A DNA stretch of 64,000 bases from Candidatus Binatia bacterium (GTDB lineage: Bacteria; Desulfobacterota; Binatia; Bin18). Below the pieces are notes generated by a model. It did not search any database. It was not told where the DNA came from and saw only the letters and a program-made list of their open reading frames with translations. This document shows positions 28,974 to 38,413 of this stretch, in pieces (the first letter of the stretch is position 1; the number at the start of each line of letters is the position of its first letter). The DNA lies in NCBI GenBank assembly GCA_963666315.2, contig CAXXHG010000018.1:96001-160000 (forward strand). Reading direction: 5' to 3'. A program made the translations under genes and the position numbers.

Positions 28974-30311
28974 TTACTTCAGCATGCCCAAATCTTTGAG
29001 AGGCGTACGGTCCACCACAGGCAGTCGTCTTGTCCCTGGCTGGAGCTTGTTCGAGCCTGGACGGCGTTCAAACGGATCGACCAGCCCAAGTTCCTTGGCG
29101 TAGTCCTTCACCGCGGGACTCACCTCTTGTCCGAGCAACCGGATGCTGGTCATCCGATCTTCGTTGCCGACCTGGCCTTGAACGCTGAAGACTGTAAAAA
29201 TACCCGGACGCAGGACACGCATGAGAATTTTAATCTTCTCGATCACGGTTTTGGGTGATCCTACAAGCAGCAGCAGATCTTTCTGCGCTCTATCATACGA
29301 CTTAAGCAGTTTCCGGCGCACCTCGTCAAAATTGTCTCCGCCCGTTTCATCTTTGCCGGTCTGGGCCTGTTTGAGCCGCTCCTTACTCACACCCACCCAT
29401 CCCCCGCTCGGACGCTGGGCCAGCAGACGAATGGCGTTCTTTGAATTATAGCCCGGCGGCAACGTATGCTCAGGCCGGGAAAAAGCATTTGCGCCACCGC
29501 CAAAGACAAAACCTTTTCCTAACTCCTGGGCTTTCTCATCGGTCTCGGCCACAAACACGCCCAGCAAATAGCCGAAGTTTTCCGAACCAGCCTGATAGCC
29601 GTTGTCGGCGGCTATATCCGCATAAATATCCCACAGATCACAGGTCGGGCCGAGCGACGTCACCAGCCCCAGATACGGATAGCTATGCTCAGCGCTCCAG
29701 CGCACAGTTTCCGGGCTGAGCACCCCGGGAATCCACATTTGCGGATGCGGCTTTTGATACGGCAAGACCCACGGATTGACATGCCGGTAGTGAAAATGTT
29801 TGCCTTCGTAGCGCCACGGGCCCGGCTTCGTCCAGGCTTGAATAATGAAATCGTGCGCCTCGTTGAACATCTCTCGATTATAGGCCGGGTTGGCATTATT
29901 AAAGAACTGCTCACTGCCGGCGCCACGCACCCAGCCGGCCACCAGACGACCGCGTGAGATCAGATCGATCTCGGCCAGCTCCTCTGCCATACGCAACGGA
30001 TGTTTGATCACCGGCAACGGGTTTCCAATTAAGACGATCTTGGCTTTACTGGTAATGTGGGCCAAGATCGAAGCCTCAACATTCATCACGCTGCCCATAC
30101 AGAAGGGGTTGCCATGGTGCTCGTTGAGCATAAGGGCGTCAAAGCCCATTTCCTCGGCATAACAATATTCGTCGAGGTAGTAGTTATAGTCGTCGGCCGC
30201 TTTTTCACGGTCAAAGTGCGAATTCGGAACGGCAAAGAAAGCCCTATTCTCCAGCACCGTGTCTTCGTCCAGATGGCGGTAGGGCCGTTCGGTAAAATAT
30301 CCAAAGATCAT
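28974..30311 (-). CDS. LLM-class flavin-dependent oxidoreductase
   Basis: AEEMGFDALMLNEHH, AEELAEIDLISRGRL, PYQKPHP. Confidence 0.92.
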   Translation of the reverse strand: MIFGYFTERPYRHLDEDTVLENRAFFAVPNSHFDREKAADDYNYYLDEYCYAEEMGFDALMLNEHHGNPFCMGSVMNVEASILAHITSKAKIVLIGNPLPVIKHPLRMAEELAEIDLISRGRLVAGWVRGAGSEQFFNNANPAYNREMFNEAHDFIIQAWTKPGPWRYEGKHFHYRHVNPWVLPYQKPHPQMWIPGVLSPETVRWSAEHSYPYLGLVTSLGPTCDLWDIYADIAADNGYQAGSENFGYLLGVFVAETDEKAQELGKGFVFGGGANAFSRPEHTLPPGYNSKNAIRLLAQRPSGGWVGVSKERLKQAQTGKDETGGDNFDEVRRKLLKSYDRAQKDLLLLVGSPKTVIEKIKILMRVLRPGIFTVFSVQGQVGNEDRMTSIRLLGQEVSPAVKDYAKELGLVDPFERRPGSNKLQPGTRRLPVVDRTPLKDLGMLK

Positions 30312-30418
30312 GCACAACTCCTTTTTGTGTAACTCCTATGTGAATGACGCTCTGTCATAGCAGAATCCCAAACAGGGTTGAACCGTCTTGCATACAACAA
30401 AGAACAGATTCCTACTTA

Positions 30419-30571
30419 GAATCACTAACAAAACTTCGTCTTATCCCTCTGGCCTGGATGCCTGCTTTCGCAGGCATGACACAAACAGGCCGTCATTCCC
30501 GCGTACGCGGGAATCCAGAGAAGCAGGGCTACACTTCGGGGACTGGCTTCAGCCCGTTTTGTTAGGCGCTC
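30419..30571. mobile_element. MITE-like element, copy 1 (TIRs ending CTAACAAAAC; internal dRS3-like hairpins)
   Basis: GAATCACTAACAAAAC ... GTTTTGTTAGGCGCTC; contains ATTCCC-N8-GGGAAT; homologous to 58676..58830. Confidence 0.75.
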
Positions 30572-30586
30572 TTTAAAAGACCCCAT

Positions 30587-31771
30587 TTAAAACGATCGCG
30601 GCAAGCCTATCTGCTCCCCAATAAAATTCAGGACCATCTCGTCCGTAATGGGAGCGATCCGATACAAACGCGAGTCTCGCCAGTAGCGCTGCATGTCAAA
30701 CTCCATGCTGTAGCAATACCCGCCCAGCACTTGCATGCCGCGGTCGGCCGCCTGACAGGCTGTGTTGGCCGCGACGAGTTTGGCCATATTCGCCTCCATC
30801 CCGCACTCTCGTCCGAGCGACTGCAGCCAGGCGGCTTTATACGTAATCAGTGTGGCTAATTCAATATCCGTGCGCGTGCGCGCCAGCTCATGTTGCAGGG
30901 CCTGGAACTGGCCTATGGGGCGACCGAAGGCCTGGCGCTGTTTGGCATACTCTAGGGCATCGTGAAAGGCCGCCTGGGCCAACCCGAGACAAATGGCGGC
31001 GACAAGAATGCGTTCATTATTGAGCATAGGCAGCAAATCGTAAAAGCCATAGTCTTGACGGCCAAGAATGCTGCTGCGTGGCACGCGTACATCGGTATAA
31101 AACACTTCGAACGAACTGGTTGCCCGGATGCCCAGTTTATTGATTTTACGAATCTCAATGCCCTCAGTCTTGGGATCAACCAGAAAGATGGTGATCCCGT
31201 GCGTTTTTTTTGTGGCCTGCGGATCGGTGCGGGCATAGACCACCATATAGTCTGCCAGGTGGGCACACGTCGTCCAGACTTTTGAGCCGTTGATAATAAA
31301 GTCGTCCCCTTCGGCGCGAGCGGTTGTTTTCATCACATTGAGTATATCCGTCCCACCGTCGGGTTCTGTGACAGAAATAGCAAACATGGCCTCACCGCGC
31401 GCCAGACGCGGCAGCAGTTCCTGTTTTTGCTGCGTGTTCCCGGCAAAGGCTAAGGCTTTTGCACCAAAGCAGCTGGACATCATAAACGTCAGCGCAATCG
31501 AAGCACTCTTCTTTGCCATTTCCTCGACCACAATCACCATGTCGAGAATGTCCCCACCCGTTCCCCCATACTCGGGATCAATAGGAATCCCCAGGTAGCC
31601 GGCCTCGGCCAGCTTGTCCCACACGTGGCGTGGGAATTCTTCCTTCTCATCCATTTCCCGCACATACTCGGCCGGACACTCCTTTTCCACGAGTTTCTGA
31701 ATGCCCTGGCGCAGCAAGTCTTTCTGCTCGCCCAGGTCGAAATTGAGATCAGTCTGCATATCCGTTTGCAT
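30587..31771 (-). CDS. Acyl-CoA dehydrogenase
   Basis: TEPDGGTD, INGSKVW, KLGIR, RQAFGRPIGQFQ, MQVLGG. Confidence 0.95.
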   Translation of the reverse strand: MQTDMQTDLNFDLGEQKDLLRQGIQKLVEKECPAEYVREMDEKEEFPRHVWDKLAEAGYLGIPIDPEYGGTGGDILDMVIVVEEMAKKSASIALTFMMSSCFGAKALAFAGNTQQKQELLPRLARGEAMFAISVTEPDGGTDILNVMKTTARAEGDDFIINGSKVWTTCAHLADYMVVYARTDPQATKKTHGITIFLVDPKTEGIEIRKINKLGIRATSSFEVFYTDVRVPRSSILGRQDYGFYDLLPMLNNERILVAAICLGLAQAAFHDALEYAKQRQAFGRPIGQFQALQHELARTRTDIELATLITYKAAWLQSLGRECGMEANMAKLVAANTACQAADRGMQVLGGYCYSMEFDMQRYWRDSRLYRIAPITDEMVLNFIGEQIGLPRSF

Positions 31772-31833
31772 TGAGTGGGTACTCCTATCTGAATCACTTC
31801 TCGGCGATACTCAGCGATAAATAATCCGAACGC

Positions 31834-32722
31834 CTACAACCCAATTTTTTGCGCAAAGTCTTCGAGTACGTCTAATACGTGCTCGCGATCTTTACTCCAG
31901 TACGGCACTGGAGCCATGAAAAAGTCATAGCCTAAATCCTGGTATTTCTTTATCTGATCGAAAAACGAGTCCATAGTCGGGGCATAGCCCGGACCGATCA
32001 TGATCTCGACACTCGCAAAGTCGCGCCCGGCTTTTTCAGTCTCCGTTTTGAGGATCTCGACCATCTCTTGGAACCCGGTCACACTTTTCGGTACCGCCAC
32101 CCAACCGTCACCAAATTCTGCAATACGGCGCATGGCGCGGGCGGAGTGTCCGCCGATCCAGACCGGGAGTGGATTCTGGACTGGCTTGGGTTCGCATTTG
32201 ATTCCGCTGAAGCGACAGAATTCCCCCTCAAACTGTGGGTCGGGGTTCGTCCACAGCTCACGCATGATACGCAGATATTCATCGCTCAGCGCTCCGCGCC
32301 GCTTAAAAGGCGCGCCAAGGAGGCTGATCTCCTCCTCCATCCAACCGATACCAGCCCCCACGATCATGCGCCCGCGTGACAGCACATCGAGGGTGGCAAA
32401 CATTTTTGCCACCCTCGATGGGATTCCGGTGAGGCAGAACGAGGACGGCCGTGCCGATGCGAACCCGCTGTGTAATTCCAGCCAGATAGCCCATGACCGT
32501 GAGCGGTTCCAGAAACGCCATCTCCGCCGGCAAGGGGAATTTACCCGATTTATTATATGGGTAGCGGGATTCGATATGGGTCGGGATAACAATGTGGTCG
32601 GGCAGCCAGAGGGAATCAAAGCCTAAAGCCTCTGCTTTCTGGGCGAAAGCCAGTATGGTATCGAGCGCTCCAGGTCCGGTTGCCAGCGGTCCGGTCATCG
32701 GGAGCGAGACTCCAACTTTCAT
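31834..32722 (-). pseudogene. LLM-class F420-dependent oxidoreductase, +1 frameshift (or sequencing error)
   Basis: ORFs 32303..32722 and 31834..32619 join as HRNPIE|VAKMFATLD after removing one G from the run at 32412-32414; paralog 26069 reads RNPVVTAKMFATLD. Confidence 0.88.
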
Positions 32723-32739
32723 GCTTCCTCCTAGTCCCC

Positions 32740-33153
32740 CTAATCCATGGGCGGGTTTTGGGCGATTTGGGCGATATCGCTATCAAGCGTGAGCCACGAT
32801 TGGGCGCTGTCACACCACAGTTGCGCCTCCGGCTTCAACCAGGAAGTGTCATCCAGCGTTCCAGCTTTAAGAAAATCCATAGTCGGCATGGCTTCAACCT
32901 CAGACAGGATAGGCGAGCCACACTTCCCGCAGAATTTCCGAATGACAGCTTGGCCACTCGTCCCTTTATCACTAAAAGCCGACAGACTCCCATTGATTTT
33001 GAGAGTGCCCTTGGGAACAGCCACAAGCACAGAAAACGCACTACTGGTTTGTTTTTGACAGTTTTTGCAATGGCATACCGCCATCATCATGGGGTCGGCA
33101 TCGCAGGTATACCGAATACTCCCACACAGACATCCGCCAACGATCTTAGACAT
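32740..33153 (-). CDS. GFA family (glutathione-dependent formaldehyde-activating-like) Zn protein
   Basis: GGCLCG, CHCKNCQK, FCGKCGS. Confidence 0.92.
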   Translation of the reverse strand: MSKIVGGCLCGSIRYTCDADPMMMAVCHCKNCQKQTSSAFSVLVAVPKGTLKINGSLSAFSDKGTSGQAVIRKFCGKCGSPILSEVEAMPTMDFLKAGTLDDTSWLKPEAQLWCDSAQSWLTLDSDIAQIAQNPPMD

Positions 33154-33338
33154 ACACGTCCTCCTGTTTCGGTTGGTACTTTGGCCAATATCATGTGGTC
33201 TGGGGAGGATGAAGGGGTAAGGGGCCTCTATATCCGCTCACCCTGAGTTGCCGAAGCCTGTCCTAAGAAGGCTGAAAGGGGAGAGGAACGGTTCTTCCCT
33301 TGCCAAAGAGCAAGTAGGATACGTATAGGGAGGCTGTC

Positions 33339-33560
33339 TTGAAAACAAAACTCACTGTCACTATTGATAAGGAACTCATCCCGCAGGTAAAACAATACGC
33401 CCGGTCTCAGGGCGTCTCATTATCTCACCTGATCGAAACGACGCTGAGAGAGCTCAGTTCGAACGCAGGCACCTCTTTTTCAAATCGGTGGGGCGGGAAG
33501 TTTCGATCGGCGGATCGAGACGATGAACGCTATCGTGCGCTTGCAAAAAAGTATTTATGA
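33339..33560 (+). CDS. Ribbon-helix-helix antitoxin-like protein (DUF6364-like), toxin partner truncated
   Basis: MKTKLTVTID...KQYARSQGVSLSHLIE...LAKKYL; stop overlaps ATG 33557 of a short MIFLLD PIN-like start. Confidence 0.75.
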   Translation: MKTKLTVTIDKELIPQVKQYARSQGVSLSHLIETTLRELSSNAGTSFSNRWGGKFRSADRDDERYRALAKKYL

Positions 33561-33658
33561 TTTTCTTGCTCGATCGGTACTGCGCGATTTCTTTTAGCCT
33601 CTCCCTTACTGACATGCAGGAGAACCGTAGGGCGGGTGGAACGTAGAGATACGTACCG

Positions 33659-33700
33659 AATCAGGCTGGGTCATCTGACTCAGCCTGATTTTCTCTTTTT
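33659..33700. terminator. Hairpin/terminator between convergent genes
   Basis: AATCAGGCTGGGTCA-TC-TGACTCAGCCTGATT followed by a T-rich tract. Confidence 0.65.
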
Positions 33701-33709
33701 CTATTTATC

Positions 33710-34177
33710 CTACTTGGCAGTCGGCCGTGTCACGCCGGCCATGGCCTCTTTGACCGTCGTCTTCAGAGGATACTGGGAGTAGTCGGCCTTGAGTTCAAGT
33801 GTATGGCCGTTTGGATCGGTGACGTACACAGAGGTGCCATAGCCTGTCGCGCCGTACAGCTCGACGGGTCCAAAGGTAATCGGAACGTCGTTGGCTTTCA
33901 AATAATTCACAATCGCATCGAAGTCACCGTGTAGGAGCAGACACACATGATCCACACCACGCTGGTCTTTTTCAGCCAGCGTTGCTCCTTCCGGCAAAAC
34001 GCGTAGGTCGATCAGATTTCGGCCACAACGTAGCTGATACAAACCCATGTCTTCGATGACTCGCTCGACAGCAAGTCCGAGAATCTTTGTGTAGAAATGC
34101 AAAGTCTTTTCTATATCCGTGACCTGCAGCACCACATGATCAATGCCGTGAAATTGTATCGGGCAGTCGGATTTCAT
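33710..34177 (-). CDS. VOC/glyoxalase family protein
   Basis: IDHVVL, FYTKILG, VDHVCL, YVTDPNGHTLEL. Confidence 0.9.
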   Translation of the reverse strand: MKSDCPIQFHGIDHVVLQVTDIEKTLHFYTKILGLAVERVIEDMGLYQLRCGRNLIDLRVLPEGATLAEKDQRGVDHVCLLLHGDFDAIVNYLKANDVPITFGPVELYGATGYGTSVYVTDPNGHTLELKADYSQYPLKTTVKEAMAGVTRPTAK

Positions 34178-34248
34178 ATATCCTCCTTTGTCATTTGGTG
34201 TAGGAACGAAACGTACTCATCGGCCTCAACTGACGCCCGAGGACATGC

Positions 34249-34575
34249 CTAGTCCTCCACCGGTACAAAACGCTTCACATCAAACCCATTAATAACTGCG
34301 GGGTTGTGAAACATCTCGACGGCGTTGGCCACTTCCATCAACGACAGGCTCATATGAAACAGCCGCTCGGCATCAAGCGGCATGTTATCGAGCGGCAACT
34401 GGTTGAGATATCCCATTACCGCCTCCAGACGCGGAGACATGCTGTCATAGAACTCCTGAATGTCTTCCATGCTACCAGCGAGCCGCTTGCTGGTGCGCTC
34501 CTGTTCTTTGGCCAACGCCCAGCCCACAAAGGGCTCAAGGTCGTCAAAAGCAGAGGGCAGTTTTTGCGCGGTCAT
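34249..34575 (-). CDS. Small hypothetical protein coupled to a Rieske oxygenase
   Basis: 108 aa, starts 3 bp after the Rieske stop; LPSAFDDLEPF..WAL..ER..KR..SMEDIQEFYD pattern. Confidence 0.8.
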   Translation of the reverse strand: MTAQKLPSAFDDLEPFVGWALAKEQERTSKRLAGSMEDIQEFYDSMSPRLEAVMGYLNQLPLDNMPLDAERLFHMSLSLMEVANAVEMFHNPAVINGFDVKRFVPVED

Positions 34576-34578
34576 GGT

Positions 34579-35757
34579 TTATGCCTCGGCGTAGAAGCGT
34601 TCGAGCACTTTATGGAAATAGCGGATCTGCACTTCCTCGTCTTGGAAATACAGCTCTTTCTTCGCCCGTGAGGCAAGCCCGATATGGATCTGCTCGTGGG
34701 CGGTTGCGTCCTCTTGCAGGAGATCACGCAGCAGGCATTTGAAATATTCCTGGCCGACCCGTTGTCCGGCATTTTCAGCAGGACGGCAATAGAGCTTGAT
34801 ATCCCAATCGGTTTGATTGACTGCGTTGGGCCAGAAATTATACGTCATATAATAATCGTGCGAGACACCTTGAAAGAGCAGCAGGGCCATATTGGGAAAG
34901 ATCGTGTAAAAGTCGAAGGGGCCAATGCGGGGTAAGCGATATTCGGTCTCGGCAACGCTGAATTGGACTGCCAGCTTTTCGGTCGCAGGTCCAACGCGAT
35001 CATCGGGCGATTCTGACGAATACACACTGTGATGATTAAACAGACGCACATCAAGCAAACGCGTATATTTGCCATCTTTCATCACACAAAACTGCGGAAT
35101 AGTCCGGCGGTGCTGAAAGGGGATATGATACAGCTCGTTCTGGGCATCAAGAGCAACCTTCCAGTTAGCGTGTTCGTCAATTTTATACTGCCCCATCAAA
35201 GCCAATTCGCTAAAGCCGCCCCCCTCAAGCTGGTCAGCCACACCACCTAAGTATTCTCTGAGGCTCTCATTCGGCTTAGGATCAAGATTAATAAAGATAA
35301 AGCCTTCGAACACATCGGTATGGATCGGGCTCAGGCCCAGGTCACGCTTGGGGAGATCGAAGAAGTTCTCTTCATCCGACACCCAGGTGAGTTCGCCCTT
35401 GGTGTTATACGACCAAGCATGAAATCCGCAGGTAAGCGAGCCATTGCATGAGCCCTTCTCATCCCACACCAGCTTATTGCCGCGATGCGAGCACACGTTG
35501 TGAAAGCCGCGAACCACACCATCCTTGCCGCGCATGATGAGGACCGACGCGTTGCACGCAACCAGATCTTTGGCAATATAATCACCGGGATTGGGAATCT
35601 CCTCTACCCGTCCGATATTCAGCCAAGCTCGCCGAAAAATCTTTTCTCGTTCGAGCTCGAAATACTCCTGGGAAATTAACGGTTCTGCGGATACGGGACC
35701 CGTACCAACTTCCGGATATTTTTTTGCCCAGCGTTTGTCGTCGATGACGGTTTGCAT
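34579..35757 (-). CDS. Rieske oxygenase alpha subunit
   Basis: CSHRG...CGFH; NWKVALDAQNELYHIPFQH; QED. Confidence 0.92.
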   Translation of the reverse strand: MQTVIDDKRWAKKYPEVGTGPVSAEPLISQEYFELEREKIFRRAWLNIGRVEEIPNPGDYIAKDLVACNASVLIMRGKDGVVRGFHNVCSHRGNKLVWDEKGSCNGSLTCGFHAWSYNTKGELTWVSDEENFFDLPKRDLGLSPIHTDVFEGFIFINLDPKPNESLREYLGGVADQLEGGGFSELALMGQYKIDEHANWKVALDAQNELYHIPFQHRRTIPQFCVMKDGKYTRLLDVRLFNHHSVYSSESPDDRVGPATEKLAVQFSVAETEYRLPRIGPFDFYTIFPNMALLLFQGVSHDYYMTYNFWPNAVNQTDWDIKLYCRPAENAGQRVGQEYFKCLLRDLLQEDATAHEQIHIGLASRAKKELYFQDEEVQIRYFHKVLERFYAEA

Positions 35758-35792
35758 AGAGGTCCCTCCTTATGGAACAACTGTACCCACTA

Positions 35793-35822
35793 CCTATACT
35801 CGGTGAGGGAAGCGGGCGTCAA
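35793..35822 (-). promoter_or_regulatory. Putative sigma70 promoter
   Basis: TTGACG-18 nt-TATAGG upstream of the AGGAGG RBS of the Rieske gene. Confidence 0.45.
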
Positions 35823-35866
35823 GCTATGGGAACTCGGATGTCCTCAATAGAAAGGGCAGCCACATC

Positions 35867-35894
35867 AAAAAGGGCAGCCCCATGGGGCTGCCCC
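35867..35894 (-). terminator. Intrinsic terminator after the NicX-like gene
   Basis: AGGGCAGCCCC-AT-GGGGCTGCCCT with an A-tract on the plus strand. Confidence 0.7.
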
Positions 35895-35925
35895 TACCCT
35901 TTCGTATGGATTCTCACCAACGCGC

Positions 35926-36978
35926 CTATCTTCCCGCCGCCCGCATATCTTTTGGTATCACGTCACCGTCTTGGACGATGAGCTCATCATCCAAGTAGAG
36001 CGTGCAGCCCTTCATGGGCAGATCCATGTGGCAGGCGGTGTCGTTCGTGCCGCCGAGCTCGGTATTGGGTCCAGTCGAGAACAGGACGTTGCCATAGAAC
36101 GCGCGGCCATCCATGCCGATCGTTGGTGCGCCAGTGGCCAAATAATCCCAGCGCGCCAGGTCGTTCAGCCCCCAACCGATGTGCGAGATCGCAAACGCAC
36201 GCGGGTCGTGAAAGCCGTCCATATAGTCCTTCACCAACATGGCATCAAAGCCGCCCTTACTATCAACGATCATGCCTTCCCGGATGGTGAACTCGATAGG
36301 TTCTTGGAGATATTTATTAAAAGGAAACAAAATATCGCCTCGATCCATGACCACCTTTCCGTTCACCCCGGTCTCTGATCCTTGGGTGGCAAGGAAGCCG
36401 CCGGGCCAGTGATCCCAGCGGCCAGGCGCATCGGTAAAACCATATTCGGTCAGGACGGGATATTTGCCCAGCTCATAGCTGACATCGGTTCCAGCCGGAT
36501 TGGTAAAGCGAAGATTGTGGGCTTTTGCCAAGCGTGCTTCAGCGGCCTCCACACGATCACGCAACTCTTCCGTAGGGAAAAGGCGCGCTAGGACTTCAAA
36601 CGGCTCGACAACAAGTAGGATACGGGTGTCTGCGGCTTGGATCTCAAGCTGCTCTTTTGAGAAGAGCAGAAAGATCAGATCCACAACCAGATCAGCGCTT
36701 TTTAAGGCTTCAATGGCAGGCTTATTTCCAGAGAGGGCGTTCTGGCCGACTTCGCCCCCCACTTGTTGCCCCCCACCAGCCGTTCGCGCCGGCAAATTAA
36801 CATTGAAAACATCAACGCCCAGCTCGCGCGCGGCAATCATGAACGCGGACGCATACTCAACTGCTTGTTCCGCCTCAGACAGAACCGCAATGGTCTCGCC
36901 TTGTTTCACTTTGCACAGTTCGAGTTCCTGCCGGAACAAGCTCACCATAGTATTGGTCTGACTCATAGACAGTGCCAT
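35926..36978 (-). CDS. NicX-like 2,5-dihydroxypyridine dioxygenase / peptidase M29-fold protein
   Basis: TEYGFTDAPGRWDHWP, ISHIGWG, MDGRAFYGNVLFSTGPNTE, CHMD match the NicX family as I recall it. Confidence 0.85.
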   Translation of the reverse strand: MALSMSQTNTMVSLFRQELELCKVKQGETIAVLSEAEQAVEYASAFMIAARELGVDVFNVNLPARTAGGGQQVGGEVGQNALSGNKPAIEALKSADLVVDLIFLLFSKEQLEIQAADTRILLVVEPFEVLARLFPTEELRDRVEAAEARLAKAHNLRFTNPAGTDVSYELGKYPVLTEYGFTDAPGRWDHWPGGFLATQGSETGVNGKVVMDRGDILFPFNKYLQEPIEFTIREGMIVDSKGGFDAMLVKDYMDGFHDPRAFAISHIGWGLNDLARWDYLATGAPTIGMDGRAFYGNVLFSTGPNTELGGTNDTACHMDLPMKGCTLYLDDELIVQDGDVIPKDMRAAGR

Positions 36979-37032
36979 TGTTCCTCTCCTTTTTTATCCC
37001 TTTTCGTCCCTTTTCACCTTAGCCCTTTACCG

Positions 37033-38193
37033 TTACTCGCCAAATACTTTGTCCAAATAGTAGTTCATCACATGATGCACAGCGATTTCATACTTCGACA
37101 TAGGTCCTGGCTGATAGGCTCGGGACCGGAAGCCACGCTGTAAAGACTGTACCATGCTCATGTCTTCCTCTAGCGCAACGTGCAGAAAATCCTCATAGAC
37201 TTTGATGCGTTCCTTAAAATCCGGCAGATCAAAACGCTGCTTGGGAAACAGCATGTGCACGAGGGCCATGCTGCGGTTCGCGTCAATAGGCCATTCGGTA
37301 ATGTAATGGATATTATCCTGCCTGGCATAGAATCCCATATTCGGCTGGAGATGGCTAGAATAGCCCTTCTCCAGATGTTCGCCTGACAGCCAGGGCATGA
37401 AATCAAAGCGCGGCTTGCCATCATGGGTCATGGGACTCACACCTTTGAAACGGCCATAATAACCCCACGGTTTGAGCTGGAATTCATATGATTCGAGGGG
37501 CTGATGCGGACCAAACGAAGAGGCGTGCAAAGTTGCCAGATGATAAATATCGACCAGATTCTCAGCCGTGGCTTTCCAGTTACAGTCATATTCGATGGCG
37601 AACTTTATCGCTAAACGCAGATCTTCGGGTTGGTATGGCCCAAAGACCTCAGGAAAGTCGCCTAAGAATTCCAGTAAGCTCTGACTGTCCGGATTGAAAT
37701 TGAGAAAAACAAACCCACCCCAGGTGTCGAGCTTGAGGGGTACGAGGCTGTACTGCTGCATATCAAAGTTCTCAATCTCTTTTGTATAGGCCGCAGCTCG
37801 GAGCCGCCCACACAGATCATACGTCCAGCCATGATAAGGGCACTGGAACCGCTTGGTATTGCCCTGGCCAACCGCGACCTCGGTCCCGCGATGGCGGCAG
37901 ACATTGTAAAAGGCGTTGAGCTGCCCGTCTTCATCCCGAACCACCATAATCGGTTCATCCGCAATACACAGCGTGAGATAGTCTCCTGGCTTTTCAAATT
38001 CCTCGACGCGTCCAACGCACAGCCAGTCTCGCAAGAAGATACGTTCTTTCTCTAACTCGTAGGTCTCTTGTGAGGTGTAAAAGTCACCCGGTAGATGCCG
38101 GGCTTGATGCAGGGGCGATTGGGTCGGTGCAATACGGGACGCGAACTGCGACCCGACACCCTGCGTACCGTTCTCATGAGAAGACAGTGCCAT
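37033..38193 (-). CDS. Rieske oxygenase alpha subunit (choline monooxygenase/CntA-like)
   Basis: CRHRG...CPYH; NWKATAENLVDIYHLATLH; EED; paralog of 52103..53269. Confidence 0.92.
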   Translation of the reverse strand: MALSSHENGTQGVGSQFASRIAPTQSPLHQARHLPGDFYTSQETYELEKERIFLRDWLCVGRVEEFEKPGDYLTLCIADEPIMVVRDEDGQLNAFYNVCRHRGTEVAVGQGNTKRFQCPYHGWTYDLCGRLRAAAYTKEIENFDMQQYSLVPLKLDTWGGFVFLNFNPDSQSLLEFLGDFPEVFGPYQPEDLRLAIKFAIEYDCNWKATAENLVDIYHLATLHASSFGPHQPLESYEFQLKPWGYYGRFKGVSPMTHDGKPRFDFMPWLSGEHLEKGYSSHLQPNMGFYARQDNIHYITEWPIDANRSMALVHMLFPKQRFDLPDFKERIKVYEDFLHVALEEDMSMVQSLQRGFRSRAYQPGPMSKYEIAVHHVMNYYLDKVFGE

Positions 38194-38218
38194 ATCAACC
38201 AGCCTCCTTTTGATTTGG

Positions 38219-38246
38219 CGTATACCGTTCGCTCACGACCTGTCAA
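38219..38246 (-). promoter_or_regulatory. Putative sigma70 promoter
   Basis: TTGACA-16 nt-TATACG upstream of AAAGGAGG RBS. Confidence 0.45.
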
Positions 38247-38323
38247 GCAAAAGTCTTGACACTCTTTCACCCCACTGCCAGACTCGCGTCGTAACCTACG
38301 TAATGAGCGAGGGGACAAATCGC

Positions 38324-38355
38324 GTAGGTCGGGTTTAGCGGAGCGTAACCCGACA
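38324..38355 (+). repeat. GTAG-type REP (family copies at 20608, 25319, rc 59896-59926, 63656-63683)
   Basis: GTAGGTCGGGTTTAGCGGAGCGTAACCCGACA. Confidence 0.85.
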
Positions 38356-38413
38356 TCGCCCTGATCGAACGAGAACCGCAGCTGAGACGAGCTGACCATA
38401 AGGAGGAAAGAGC

